Notes: generated from the letters alone by a model not told the origin. Positions 1-13,130 are shown, numbered from the stretch's first letter. The stretch: DNA of 64,000 nt from Octopus vulgaris (GCA_951406725.2 OX597814.1:206212001-206276000); one strand, 5' to 3'. Made by a program: numbers and translations.

Positions 1-115
1 GCGTGTCTGTGGAGTGCTCAGCCACTTACACGTTAATTTCACGAGCAGGCTGTTCCGTTGATTCGGATCAACCGGAACCCTCGTCGTCGTAACCGACGGA
101 GTGCTTCCATTCCAT
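1..115 (+). mobile_element. 3' part of tRNA-derived SINE (same family as 10047-10370)
   Basis: Near-identical to 10263-10362 (gtgtctgtgga.tgctcagcca...ctcgtcgtcgtaaccg). Confidence 0.7.
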
Positions 116-169
116 TCATTTGATTATAATACAAGGGGACTATAACACACCAAGGGGACTTGTTGGACA

Positions 170-328
170 GCCTAGATTTCATCTGCCGCTACATTCTGAG
201 TTCAAATTCCACTGTGGTCGACTTTGCCTTTCATTCTTTCGGCGTCGATAAATTAAGTACCAGTTAAGTACTGGGGTCTATGTAATCACTTGTTCCTTCC
301 CCAAAAATTTCAAGCCTATAGTAGAAAA
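170..328 (+). mobile_element. SINE fragment with Deu/Nin-like central domain
   Basis: ttctgagttcaaattcc...ggtcgactttgcctttcat...gtcgataaattaagtaccag, repeated many times in the window. Confidence 0.65.
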
Positions 329-329
329 T

Positions 330-1255
330 GATTTCCCAATCTCGTATCTCAAAGAAAAATCATGGCTAAAAATTGCTTTGAACAAATTGACACGTATGAC
401 TTCCTCTCTTTAATATGCCTGGACAAAGTTTGGACAAATATTTTTGGCTAAATTTATGGATTAAACTATTATAGTGTCATACTGTTTCTGAACAACTTTT
501 GTAATCGGCAATACCATAGACAAAAAACATGGCAACACACCGTATATCGCCTGCAATACCAGGTTTAGCAAGCATTGCGAAAGATGCATTGAATGTATAA
601 ATGCACATGACTTCAAAACTTATTAGAAATATAAAGATTGAAGCATATCCTCGAAATATATAAAACGGCAATGATACAAAAGTTGAAAATACAGTGATAA
701 TCTTTAAAATATAATTGAAAAAATATGACCGCTGAAATAACTTGGTGTCAAACATAAAATCAGGTAAAGAATTAAGGTTCTGTAATAAAAGAGGCACAGA
801 AATAATACAGCAGAAAAAACTGTAACGATAATAAAAAACAAAGTAGTAAAGTGAATTGGTTTGACATATTTTCTCGTAGTAATATAACCAAATTTTCTTT
901 AATCCACTTATGAATTGTTAAGTGCCAGAAATTTTGAAATAAAGCAGTAGAAATATTAGCTTTCATTATTGCATAGAGTAGAAATCCTGTTGTGTAGAAA
1001 CATTTAAACTGCCATACTTCTCGAATAATCTCTTATTTTGAATGAGAAATGTGAAAGTGGATCTTTGATGTAATGTATTATAAGCGATACTCTCACTTAA
1101 ACGACTGGGAAGAACGAAGAGGATAAAGTTGAAAAATATGTAGAAGTGAACCACAAAAAGGGATACCTTTTCATAACTTTCTGGGATTCCTAATATTAAG
1201 GTGCAATAACCCAATGGTATGCGGTCTTGTACAAATATTTTTGTCGTTTCATATA
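330..1255 (-). pseudogene. Paralog D: degenerate fragment of the same membrane-protein family (TM region), truncated by SINEs on both sides
   Basis: ORF pieces 966-1214, 772-966 and 477-797 translate to [57 protein letters not shown] and LAKPG..GDI..VAMFFVYG. DNA homology to A continues to ~330 (LRYEIGKS). Frameshifts (e.g. a 4-nt deletion near 982), stops, and loss of the NTDGFFGGP segment. Confidence 0.85.
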
Positions 1256-1258
1256 TAT

Positions 1259-1655
1259 TTCTTTATTTCCCACAAGGGGCTAAACATAAAGGGGACAAAC
1301 AAGGACAGACAAACGAATTAAGTCGATTACATCGGCCCCAGTGCATAACTGGTACTTTGTTTATCGACCCCGAAAGGATGAAGGGCAAAGTCGACCTCGG
1401 CGGAATTTGAACTCAGAACGTAACGACAGAAGAAATACCTATTTCTTTACTACCCACAAGGAGCTAAACACAGAGGACAAACAAGGACAGACAAACGGAT
1501 TAAGTCGATTATATCGACTCAAGTGTGTTACTGGTACTCATTTAATCAACCCCGAGAGGATGAAAGGCAAAGTCGACCTCGGCGGAATTTGAACTCAGAA
1601 CGTAGCCTCAGACGAAATACCTCTAAGAATTTCGCCTGGCGCGCTAACGTTTTTG
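1259..1655 (-). mobile_element. Dimeric SINE (Deu/Nin-like domain family)
   Basis: Two tandem units of cgaccccgaaaggatgaaaggcaaagtcgacctcggcggaatttgaactcagaacgta. Confidence 0.75.
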
Positions 1656-1948
1656 CTGATGTTGAGAAAATCTCATCTAGTTTCTTCAGACTCTCGCCTT
1701 CGGTTTTCTACAATCCTCCTTGCTTTATACTTGTTTCTGGATAGATTACGTCTTTACTTTGGTGGCATATTTTTTCCAATATTGTAAACAAAATATTATG
1801 AACATAGAAAGAAACTATACATTAATCCCTATTTTTGTAAGCAGTTGTATCCGTAAAAAGTTTATTTCAAGAGAGCAGAAATTGAAAGAAGATAAGCGAA
1901 AAGAACAGAGAAAGAAAGCGAAAGATGTATGTACGTCTATCCGAAATG

Positions 1949-2028
<80 letters not shown>

Positions 2029-2760
2029 TGTGAGTGTGTGAGTGAGTGTGTTTACAATAGTTGATTTATGTTAAACTTATGAAATGCAAATATGTGAATA
2101 AAAATTAAGTTAAATTTGTAGCGAAAACAGTATTGAATCTTTTGATACCCCATACGTCAAAAGCATAAGGAATATATAATGTCAAAGATGAGGCAGACCT
2201 GTACACGGTAGCTAGAGCTGGTAGAAATAGCAGCCAAATTTCCCTCAAAAAACCCTACTGTCTCAATCCCACAATTCTGCCTATTGTGTAGTTTAATGAG
2301 AAACTGAAACTAAAGATTAAGAATATTAACCCTACAGAGAGGCGAAAGAATAGAGACAGCATAGCGACGGTTTTGGCTGACTGTCATCCTGTACTCCCCT
2401 CGTTGCTAGCGAAATGGCATGAGCCAGCTGTCTGAGCAACTGGTTGTTTTAATGGCGGAATAAACAGGCCATAAAGATTACAAAAATAGCGATTCTCACT
2501 TTGAAACTAAGGATTTTGAAAATCTTTTTAGATTACGGGACGCCCAAGTCTCTCATATATCCACGTTTAAAACTACACTGCGACCGGATGAACAATACTC
2601 GAGTTACAATACTCGAGTGCACAAACAGATAGACGGAACGGATTTTATATATTAAGATATGCAAAGAGAGAGAGAGAGTGGGAGTGATACAACCACATGT
2701 AGACTATTGGCGATTTTTTTGCTTTCACTTTCCTTTTCTCTTGGACTTTCCTCTGTCTCC

Positions 2761-2797
2761 TGTTTCTGAAGAAGAGCTTTGCTCGAAACGCAAAACA
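2761..2797 (+). ncRNA. Degenerate minimal hammerhead motif
   Basis: tgttt-CTGAAGA-a-gagc(ttt)gctc-GAAA-cg-CA-aaaca. Stems I and II perfect; U16.1 replaced by C. Confidence 0.4.
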
Positions 2798-2850
2798 CCC
2801 TTTCTTTACTTCTCTTATTAATACTTTGCATGTACTACGTGCCCGCGTTG

Positions 2851-2940
<90 letters not shown>

Positions 2941-2978
2941 CTATCTGACTTTCTATATATATATACATATATACATAC

Positions 2979-3017
<39 letters not shown>

Positions 3018-3019
3018 AC

Positions 3020-3472
3020 GGTGGTTTTGTTCACAGTTGACATTCTGTTATATTGAACGTGGATATATTCGAATCTTTTTCTTGGGATGTCTACTATATA
3101 AAGACTTTAACCCACATGAATATATGCAGGACTGAGCCTAAAGACTTACGCTTATGGATCTACGCAGGATTGAACCTAAGGACTCATCCTTTGGCTTCCA
3201 TAACTTCGGTAAGTTGAGCTATGAACGTTTATGCTTCGTTTTTCTTCTCTCTTTCCATCTCCTTATTCTTTTACTCCCTTCCTCTTTGTTGTCATCTTAT
3301 TGATATATCCCATTCGCATTTTCCATATTTTTTTCCCCTATTCATCTCTGATGACAGAATATCCCATACTTGGGGATATCTCAGAAACTGCTGTAAGACC
3401 ATGAATTTCTTCCTGTAATAATAATGTATATGACTTGAAATGTTTGCCTTGCCTTTATGCTTGACGTCTTGT
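3020..3472 (+). repeat. Dispersed non-autonomous repeat carrying a hammerhead motif (second copy 7412-7633, minus strand)
   Basis: 3250-3470 aligns with the reverse complement of 7412-7633; both abut (TA)n. Confidence 0.55.
3340..3405 (+). ncRNA. Hammerhead-ribozyme-like motif in a dispersed repeat (partly degenerate)
   Basis: tct-CTGATGA-(long stem II atatccca/tggggatat)-GAAA-ctgctg-TA-aga. The homologous copy at 7475-7540 (-) has palindromic stem III ACAGCTGT. Confidence 0.5.
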
Positions 3473-3500
<28 letters not shown>

Positions 3501-3507
<7 letters not shown>

Positions 3508-4172
3508 TGTAGTGAATAAATTGTTATCTAAATTACGCAAAAATTAAAATAACACTGACATCTCATTTTAACAGATATATTTACCAAAATTACATAAAGA
3601 TATCTTGAAAAACTAAAGAGTAAATTTATTCAATAAAATCGCCATTGGTTTCAACCACTGCCTTCAAGTGACTTCGGAATCTCCTGCAACTCTTCTGTAC
3701 GGTATCCTTGTTTAAGTTGGCGAATGCTGCCATAATCCTTGCCTTTAGTTCATACTTGGTACTACAAGGAGTTTTGCTGGCTTCTCGCTCAACTGAGCCC
3801 CACACATAATAGCCAAGTGGATGGCAATCTGGGGAACTAGGTGGCCAGACCTTAGGAGTGATGTGGTCGCAGGAATTGTCTAGCAGCCTCATGAGGCTGC
3901 CAAATAATTGTATTACCAAGTATGAACTGAAGGCAAAGATTATGGCAGCATTCGCCAACTTAAACAAGGAGACCGTACGGAAGAGTTGCAGGAGATTCTG
4001 AAGTCATCTGAAGGCAGTGGTTGAAACCAATTGTGATTTTATTGAATATATTTACTCTTTAGTATTTCAAGATATCTTTATGTAATTTTGGTTAATATAT
4101 CTGTTAAAATAAGACATCAGTGTTATTTTCATTTTTGTGTTAATTTAGATAACAGTTTATTCACCGCACCAT
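3501..4172. mobile_element. Foldback (MITE-like) derivative made of two inverted 3' ends of a Tc1/mariner-family transposon
   Basis: 3501-3761 is the reverse complement of 3914-4172. The minus ORF 3626-3967 has WPPSSPDCHPLGYYVWG and the transposase C-terminus. Both ends lie in (TA)n. Confidence 0.75.
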
Positions 4173-4350
<178 letters not shown>

Positions 4351-4364
4351 TGTGGTTGTTACTT

Positions 4365-4688
4365 TCTGTTGCTTCCTTTCAGCACGTAAAAAGCACCATC
4401 CGAACGTGGCCGATTGCAGCGCCGCCTTGACTGGCTTCTGTACCAGTGGCACGTAAAAAGCACCAACCGATCGTTGCCGCTGCGAGCCCCCTGGCACCTG
4501 TGCCGGCGACACGAAAAAAGCACCCACTACACTCACAGAGTGGTTGGCGTTAGGAAGGTCATCCACCTGTAGAAACACTGCCAGATCAGACTGGAGCCTG
4601 GTGCAGCCTCCTGGCTTCCCAGACCCCGGTCAAACTGTCCAACCCGTGCTAGGACGGAAAACGGACGTTAAACGATGATGATGATGAT
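4365..4688 (+). mobile_element. SINE/LINE-tail-like repeat ending in (GAT)n
   Basis: Internal repeats of gcacgtaaaaagcacc, ...ggttggcgttaggaagg.catcca.ctgtagaaac..., and an RTE-type tail ggacgttaaacgatgatgatg. Confidence 0.55.
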
Positions 4689-5453
4689 AATTCTCCCTCT
4701 TTGTTTCTCTCTCCTTTCTCTCTCACTTTCCCACTCTCTTACTTTTCTTTTCTCTCGGACTCTCCCTCGCTTTCTCTTACTCTCTATCTTTATCTATTTC
4801 TCTCCCATTTATAAACAACAAAAGATCTTGAGTAAGTTGAGAAATAAAATATTTAGAAAGATCAATCATAAATATCAGGCAGTAACAACGGAAATGTCTG
4901 CTTCAAGGCAGACAGCAAAACACTAACATTTAAAAGGGACAGACGAACTTGCGAGCTGAATAAAAATAATAAAATATTGGAAAGCAAAGTTTGAAGGGAT
5001 AGAATCTGAGGATAGTAGAGTCACCATGACTGGCATTTCTTAACGACGGACAGCAACGTATTGACAGTTTAACGGCTGGCGTAAAATTTTGAACTTGATG
5101 GAAAAGAAAATTCGTAAACACCAAGTTTTGAAGTGATTCTTTCTCACGACAGTAGACTTACCATGGCAAGCATTCAAAACCTCTTCATCATGGACGGCAA
5201 CACATTGAAGATTAAAAGGCTGGCGCAAATTTTTTAGCTTGATGTAACAGAGAATTCCTAAACACTCGCTCCTTTAAATTTTAATCCCCTTCCAGCCCCA
5301 TTTATACCCCTTTTTACCTTTTGGTTAATATAACCCGATTTCATTCGGGTCTACTGGGGCCACATTTTATAAGATGAGAAATTTTGTCCTAGAGGTCATG
5401 CCTTTCATTTGAGGAAAAAAATAGTTGTCATGCAAACTTGCCAGCACTTTTAA

Positions 5454-6540
5454 CCCTTTCGTTACCAAACCGCCCAAAGCCGCCCGAAAAAAATTTTGGT
5501 TAATGTGACCAAACCGCCCAAACCCGTCCGTATTTACCTATTCATATTTAAATGAGAATATCAGAGAAAATCTCTTTATTACATTCGTGAAAACACGTGA
5601 TTATACTTCGTAAACAGTTCAACTACAGTTTTGTACAACGATCGAAGTGTAATTTTAATTCCGTGAATTATGGGAGATTTTTTTCCAAAATTTGTTCCTA
5701 TTGTGTTTTCAAACTTTGTAATTCTGACAAAAAATGGATACGAATTTCATCATATCAAGCAGCGAGTCAGAATTCGAAGGATTTTCTACTGAAGACCTTG
5801 ATAAATCTAACTCTATGACTGAAAAAAAAAAGCACGTGGTATTTGATAATGAATCTGATGTTTCATTTTCCGAAAGTGAAAACAGTGAATTCGAGAGCTC
5901 CGACAGCGATAAAGAAAATGAATTGGCACCTGAATGGAGTGAAAATTGAAAAACTGTTTCTTTCGGTGATTTTTCTGAAGAAACTGGACCAAGCCACAGA
6001 CTTTCCCAGGAGAGTAAAGCCTTAGACTATTTCTTTTTACTTTTTCGAATGAGCCTGTTTGAAATCATTACGGCGGAAACGAACCGTTACGCTAAACGTA
6101 AACAAAACGAAAGAAAGGATAGTTTGTCGTTTCCCACAACCTTAAATGAAATTAAGACTATTTTGCCATAAATATTATTATGGGTATCAGAAAGTTACCC
6201 AGAATAACAATTTCTATCGTAAAATTTTGTTGTATACCCAATTGAATATTAGCTAATAACCCATTTTCTATAGCGATGTTTGAACAAAATTTTAATAATT
6301 TTATATTTTGTGGAATTTACCTGTATCTACCTGCAATTAGAGTCACTTTGTGACAAAAATTATAGTATAGAATTGGTTGAGAATATTTCATTAAATTATC
6401 TTCCAAAAATCACATAAATATATTGATAAATAAAAAAGTTATAGTTGTTTAATGAAACCAGACTAAATTTATGATTACGTTAGAAATTAATTGAAACACA
6501 TAAGGGGTGTAATTTGGTCAGAAATATAGTAACGAAAGGA
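5454..6540 (+). mobile_element. Internally deleted piggyBac-like DNA transposon
   Basis: TTAA + CCCTTTCGTTAC left TIR, GTAACGAAAGGA + TTCA right end. Degenerate transposase N-terminus at 5734-6210 (acidic/Ser-rich, then TGP...LDYFFLLF...IITAETNRYA...TTLNEIK...IIMGIRKLP). Confidence 0.8.
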
Positions 6541-6593
6541 TTCATAGGTGTGCATATTTTCAGCTGAACCGACCGACCACATAATTCACACAT

Positions 6594-6644
<51 letters not shown>

Positions 6645-6937
6645 ACGCATTATATATACAAATTATATGTATATATGTATAAATTGAATTAGAGATAAAA
6701 CCACTAATAGGCAAAAAAAAAACAAAAACAAAAACATAAAAATAAAAATACAATATAGAAAATATATAAAATTGAAAAATTTAAATTATTTAAATTTAAA
6801 ATAAAAATTATTAAATTATATTTATAATTTGTTTAAAAATATATATAACTATCAAAAAGTATTAAAAAGTTTAATATACATAAATACAGATATATGCACT
6901 TTGTATATATACATTATATATACATATTTATATATCG

Positions 6938-6975
<38 letters not shown>

Positions 6976-7370
6976 AATGAACGCAATGAATACCTGATTC
7001 ATAATATTTGTTCTCATGATTGCGTGTTGTTGATAGCGATGATAATTCTCCCTATGAATGCAAACAGATACATCAAAGAAAGCCGCCAGACGAACTTATA
7101 AAGGGAAAGTGAAAGGGAGTTGAGGGGAATACATTAAATAACGGTAATGGCATTATCAAAGTTATAGATGAAGGGGAGTAAGAGAGGGAAAGGAGGAAAT
7201 AGCGTGAGTGAGGAAGATGGCCCCTAGCAACCACACCTTTTAAGATAGGGATTTCTAAGGTAGCCCACGAGCTTCGTCACCTCATTCTACATGTCCCCGT
7301 AAATTTTGGAGCGAATCGGTCGGGGCGTAGTGGCATTGAATGCGATCCAAGCGGTAAAAACGCATTTCAG

Positions 7371-7413
<43 letters not shown>

Positions 7414-7474
7414 CAGGACGTCACGCATAATGGCAAACAGCTCAAGTCATATACAATATTATTACAGGAAGAAA

Positions 7475-7540
7475 TTCATGATCTTACAGCTGTTTGTGGG
7501 ATATCTCCCCGAATACGAGATATTCCGTCATCAGAGACAA
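7475..7540 (-). ncRNA. Degenerate hammerhead motif (G12 mutated), same repeat family as 3340-3405
   Basis: Reverse complement reads gtct-CTGATGA-cggaatatctc...gagatatccca-CAAA-cagctg-TA-agat. Confidence 0.45.
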
Positions 7541-7644
7541 AATAAGGGGGGAAAATATGGAAAATGAGAATGGTATATATCAATAAGATGACAACAAAGA
7601 GGAAGGGAGTAAACGAATAAGGAGATGGAAAGACTGAGTACTGT

Positions 7645-8538
<894 letters not shown>

Positions 8539-9386
8539 AGAACGAAAATTAGATACATTTGTATTTCTTTTTATAAATACATTAAAAGAAAAATGTTTTT
8601 GTTTTACATGTTTCGGTTTTTGAAAAACCTTATTAAAAAATTGGAAGATGTAGAGAAAAAGTTATTAATAAAATTATTAAAATAAACGTTCATAGTTTAC
8701 TTTCTTTTTTTCCTGCAAGAGCAGGTAAATTCCTTTAATTTTCGTGGCATTACTAGTGGCACTGTCTGTGATGGCAAATTACTACTGTCCGTGATGGTAA
8801 ATTAAGTAGTGTGGTCAAGACTGTTTTCTATAGCAGTGGCTGGAGCAGTTCAATAACTAGCAGCAGTAATGATAATAGTCGTCGTGGTAAAGTTATCCCC
8901 CTGGGGTTTTAACAGAAATCTTTGTTTCTAATAAATAGCATGCATATCTATATATCTATATGTGTATATACACACTCGTATATTTTTTCTTTCTCTTTCT
9001 TTCTGTTGCAGCTGAAGGAATCAGACGTATTCTTGTCTGTCTCCTGTCCAAGCTTGTTTCTCCGCGTTGGCCACATCACCACAAAATCCCAAATTTTATA
9101 GAAATTGCTTCGTGGGAGCAAGTGTTCTATCGAAGGCGTATCTTGTAGTTGAATTGCTCGAAATACGGATTAGAAAAACAGCCGACAACTGATGAAGGGT
9201 CATTCGTTATGTTACTTGTCTTGTTTTCCATTTGTTTCTTTCGTTTTTGCAAAAAAAGTTCATATTCCATGTATTGGTATTTCCTTTGTTATGTTTACAT
9301 TCCGTGACGTACTGTTCCCACATATTCATATGTATATACGTATAGATGTAAGTATGTACATATACTTATGTATATATGCATATATA

Positions 9387-9438
<52 letters not shown>

Positions 9439-9440
9439 CA

Positions 9441-9507
<67 letters not shown>

Positions 9508-9511
<4 letters not shown>

Positions 9512-9770
9512 TATTGTTATATAAGATTAAAGCTTATGACGATCACCGTGCAGTGACTAAGGAAAATAGTCTAATAAAGGGACATATAAGCTCTCGACAG
9601 TAAAAAGCTTTTCCTATCTGCATAGGAGTAGGGATGTGGGTTCGACCCCCACGCAGATAGGAAAGCCTTCTTTTTTTCTGTCGAGAGCTTATGTGCCCCT
9701 TTATTAGACTATTTTCCTTAGTCATTGCACGGTGATCGACATAAGCTCTGAGCTTATATGAAAATACCAT
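9508..9770. mobile_element. Near-perfect ~260-bp inverted repeat (foldback MITE-like)
   Basis: The ~115-bp arms are reverse complements (e.g. gactaaggaaaatagtctaataaaggg / ccctttattagactattttccttagtc); flanked by TA-rich microsatellite. Confidence 0.75.
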
Positions 9771-9863
9771 TATTATTATTTACAGGATTGTAAAAACGGC
9801 GCCGTGAAAGCATACATACATACATACATACATACATACATACATACATACATACATACATAC

Positions 9864-9929
<66 letters not shown>

Positions 9930-10046
9930 TTACGCATGTATATTTACCATACATATGCATGTACATATTTATGATGCTGGGTATGTGTAACACTTTACAT
10001 ATATTTCAGTCAAGCTTTTTGTGTTTCTGTATATATATATAAGTGA

Positions 10047-10370
10047 GGGCGCGTGGCTTAGTGGTTAGGGCATTCGGCTCATGATCGTAAGGTTGTGAGT
10101 TCGATTCCCGGCGACGCGTTGTGTCCTTGAGCAAGACACTTTATTTCACGTTGCTCCAGTCCACTCAGCTGGCAAAAATGAGTTGTACTTGTATTTCAAA
10201 GGGTCAGCCTTGTCACTCTCTGTGTCACGCTGATTATCCCCGAGAACTACGTTAAGGGTACACGTGTCTGTGGAATGCTCAGCCATTTGCACGTTAATTC
10301 CACGAGCAGGCTGTTCCGTTGATCGTATCAGCTGGGACCCTCGTCGTCGTAACCGGCGGAGTAAAAGTAA
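10047..10370 (+). mobile_element. Full-length tRNA-derived SINE
   Basis: A box tggcttagtgg, B box gttcgattccc, then gttgtgtccttgagcaagacacttt core and an A-rich tail. Confidence 0.8.
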
Positions 10371-10451
10371 AAAGAGATATATATATATCAATGGACATCG
10401 GCTTTATTAAAAGTTTACAATGTATTTAAAAAAGATGAAATAATTTCTAGG

Positions 10452-10835
10452 TTTGGCTGTGTGGTAAGAAGCTTTCTTCCCAACCGTCCGCATAATTCCG
10501 GGTTCAGTCCCACTGTGTCGCACTTAGGGCAAGTGTCTTCTACTGTAGCCTCGGGCCGACTAAAGCCTTATGAGTGGATTTGGTAGACGGAAACTGAAAG
10601 AAACCTGTCGTATATGAATATGTATATATTTATGTGTTTCTGCTTGTCCCCCCACCACTATAGCCTGGTAACCTATGTTGGCGTGTTTACGTCCCCGTTA
10701 CTTAGTGGTTCGGTAAAAGAGACAGACAGAATAAGTACCAGGCTTACAAAGAATAAGTCCCAAAGTCGATATCTTTGTCTAAGAGGCGGTGCTCAAGCAC
10801 GGCCGCAATCAAATGGCTGAAACAAAAAAAAAAAC
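10452..10835 (+). mobile_element. SINE (family with internal TA/TG microsatellite), immediately 3' of gene A
   Basis: ggctgtgtggtaagaagc...gggttcagtcccactg...ggatttggtagacggaaactgaaagaa...ggcggtgctc.agca.ggccgca. Other copies at 21112, 22490, 36685, 39605 and 53785. Confidence 0.75.
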
Positions 10836-10907
10836 CAAAAGAATAATAGTAAAATATTATTTATTTATTTTTTATTGATTAATTAAAAAAATCCTTCGTT
10901 ATTTATT

Positions 10908-13130
10908 TCATTCTTTAAACACATTAATTGTTTCAATAATTTTATCTAAAAGGGAACTGTCAAGATGAATGTTAGCATTGATTATTGACAATAATTGAGG
11001 GATGGTAGACGTCATCAATATCAAAGTAATCCTTGTGAATGCTGATAAGGCCAAGTCATTTCGATTTATTACATTGTTGCAAGCAAAGAAGAAAGATACG
11101 ATTAGAAACAGTTTTATAATGGATTTACCAATCTCGTATCTCAATGGAAAATGATGGTTAACAATCGTCTTGAACAGCTTGGCATTTATGTATTCCTCTC
11201 CGTATTTTGACTGAACTAAATTCGGGCGAATAGTTTTGGTTAAATTTCTAGACTGAACAAGTATAGAGTCATATTGTTTCTGAATAGCTTTTATAACTGC
11301 AGTACCATAGACAAAAAACATTACAGCAAACCATATATCACCAATAGAACCAGGCTTAGCAAGAACTGCAATACCTATTGAAAATACATAGTTGCAAAGG
11401 GCTTGAAAACTTGTAAGAAATATATAGACTGAATAAAGTCCCCATAATAGATAAAACGGCAATGATAGAATAGTTAGAATTACAGAAATAATCTTGAAAA
11501 TATAGTTAGGATTCAAATACAGGGGGAAAATATAAACTCTAAAATAACTTGCTGGTAAAGTTAAAATCAAATAAACAGTTGGGATTCCGTAATAAAGGAG
11601 ACACAGAAAAAATTCGCAGATAGAAAATACAACAAATAGAATTGTAATGGCAACGAAAAACCAAAGTAATATGAATTGGCAGAAAATATTTTTCTTTTCG
11701 TAATAAAACCAAGTTTGCTTTATACGATTAATCCAAGAATAAATTGTTAAATGCCAGAAATTTGGGTTTAAAGCAGTAGAAATATTAGCTTTCATTATTG
11801 CATAGAGTAGATCATAATCCTGTAGAGTAGAAACATTTAAATTGCCATACTTCTCTAATAATCTCTTATTTTGAATGAGAAACGTGAAAGTGGATCTTTG
11901 ATGTAATGTATTATAAGCGATAGTCTCGCTTAAACGACTGGGAAGAACGAAGAGGATAAAGTTGAAAGATACGTAACAGATTAACCACACAAAAGGACCA
12001 CCAAAAAAGCCATCAGTATTCTCATAACTTTCTGGGATTCCTAATATTAAGGCGCGATGTCCCAATGGTATACTATCTTGGAAAAGTATTTCTATCGTTT
12101 CATACAAAAAGAAGTAATGCATCAAAAGATCCAGGAAAATTACTGAAAGAGAGAATAGAATACAAAGGAATCTTCTCAGTCTTGAGGCTAAGAGAGTGGA
12201 ATGGTGAAAGCAAAAAAAACAAGATAGAAAATGAGAGAATGTGTAAATATTATTGCTTTCATTGATCCACTCTGATTCGTGTGGCAATGTGTTTTTAGTT
12301 GTAAATAAGAATTCATCTTGAGCAAACAGTCGCAGACTGAGTTGACGGGAATATGAAGGTAATTTAGCTTTTGATACAAAGCTAATTATTAATGGTAATA
12401 TAGCCCACAAAATGGCTCCAACGATGTTCTCAAAATTGACAAACATAGCATTTTCAATGATTTTCCCCGAACAAATAGATTTGGGATGATAAACATAGGT
12501 TCCATTTTTATAGATCTCACAGCAATAGTTCTTCAGTATCTCTCGGTTTATACCAATTCTTCTGTAAGCTTCAAGGGTGCTAGGGTTGTTCTTCTTCATA
12601 TCATAAGACAAATTTATATAAAAACACATGTATCCAGATTTTCCTTTATGCAATTTAGGGATAAATAAGATTTTTTTCAGTTCCTCGAAAATCAAATATA
12701 TTAAATCGTGTCTCTGGATATTTTGTTTTCTACAGTGTATATTGATATCAATCCTTGGATTAGCAATGTAGACATCTAACAAATTAAAAGAGTGAATTGA
12801 GAAATCATAGAAAAACTTTTTATATGCTATTAAACCATCTGGTTCATCTGGAATCCAGGTAAAATGTCTCGCATTTGCAAAATAATCCAAAGGTATAGGG
12901 TTTAGTAGGTTATCAAATTTTTTATCAGATAAATGAACTTCAAAATTGAAAATCTTTTTTTCTAATTTTACTAAACGAAATAAAATCTCACTGACATTGG
13001 GAGAAATTTGAATTTCACAATCATTGTCGAGTTCCTTCGCATCGATGTTTAGTGATGTCAGTGTGACAATAAGAATGACTGAAAGAATAAGAGAACTGGT
13101 CGCTGCTGTTATCGTCTGCATGGCAGCCAT
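10908..13130 (-). CDS. Paralog A: orphan multi-pass membrane protein (740 aa) with signal peptide, Cys-containing ectodomain and ~9-11 TM segments; single coding exon
   Basis: Uninterrupted 740-aa non-repetitive ORF. Hydrophobic N-terminus ending ...LNIDA|KE, six ectodomain Cys, N-glycosylation sequons (NVS, NLS, NGT), many hydrophobic helices. Colinear with the ORFs at 42992-45196 and 56113-58308. Acceptor tttatttacAG 10 nt upstream of the ATG; AATAAA motifs just after the stop. Confidence 0.9.
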   Translation of the reverse strand: MAAMQTITAATSSLILSVILIVTLTSLNIDAKELDNDCEIQISPNVSEILFRLVKLEKKIFNFEVHLSDKKFDNLLNPIPLDYFANARHFTWIPDEPDGLIAYKKFFYDFSIHSFNLLDVYIANPRIDINIHCRKQNIQRHDLIYLIFEELKKILFIPKLHKGKSGYMCFYINLSYDMKKNNPSTLEAYRRIGINREILKNYCCEIYKNGTYVYHPKSICSGKIIENAMFVNFENIVGAILWAILPLIISFVSKAKLPSYSRQLSLRLFAQDEFLFTTKNTLPHESEWINESNNIYTFSHFLSCFFCFHHSTLLASRLRRFLCILFSLSVIFLDLLMHYFFLYETIEILFQDSIPLGHRALILGIPESYENTDGFFGGPFVWLICYVSFNFILFVLPSRLSETIAYNTLHQRSTFTFLIQNKRLLEKYGNLNVSTLQDYDLLYAIMKANISTALNPNFWHLTIYSWINRIKQTWFYYEKKNIFCQFILLWFFVAITILFVVFSICEFFLCLLYYGIPTVYLILTLPASYFRVYIFPLYLNPNYIFKIISVILTILSLPFYLLWGLYSVYIFLTSFQALCNYVFSIGIAVLAKPGSIGDIWFAVMFFVYGTAVIKAIQKQYDSILVQSRNLTKTIRPNLVQSKYGEEYINAKLFKTIVNHHFPLRYEIGKSIIKLFLIVSFFFACNNVINRNDLALSAFTRITLILMTSTIPQLLSIINANIHLDSSLLDKIIETINVFKE

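Noticed and set aside
1656-1870. Possible N-terminal remnant of pseudogene D beyond the SINE
   Set aside because: Only a short hydrophobic stretch with many stops; I could not align it to A, B or C.
10047-10115. tRNA gene (also 20340-20412)
   Set aside because: A/B boxes run directly into SINE bodies and no complete cloverleaf acceptor stem is evident.
12065-12668. Short antisense or alternate-frame ORFs inside the paralogs (also 44146-44823, 56738-56923, 57981-58271)
   Set aside because: Shadows of the main CDS; not conserved as open frames between paralogs.
10908-13130. Assignment of the family to chemotactile/Cys-loop receptors or class A/adhesion GPCRs
   Set aside because: Too long and too many hydrophobic segments for a 4-TM pentameric channel subunit; no Cys-loop, DRY, NPxxY or GPS motif visible.
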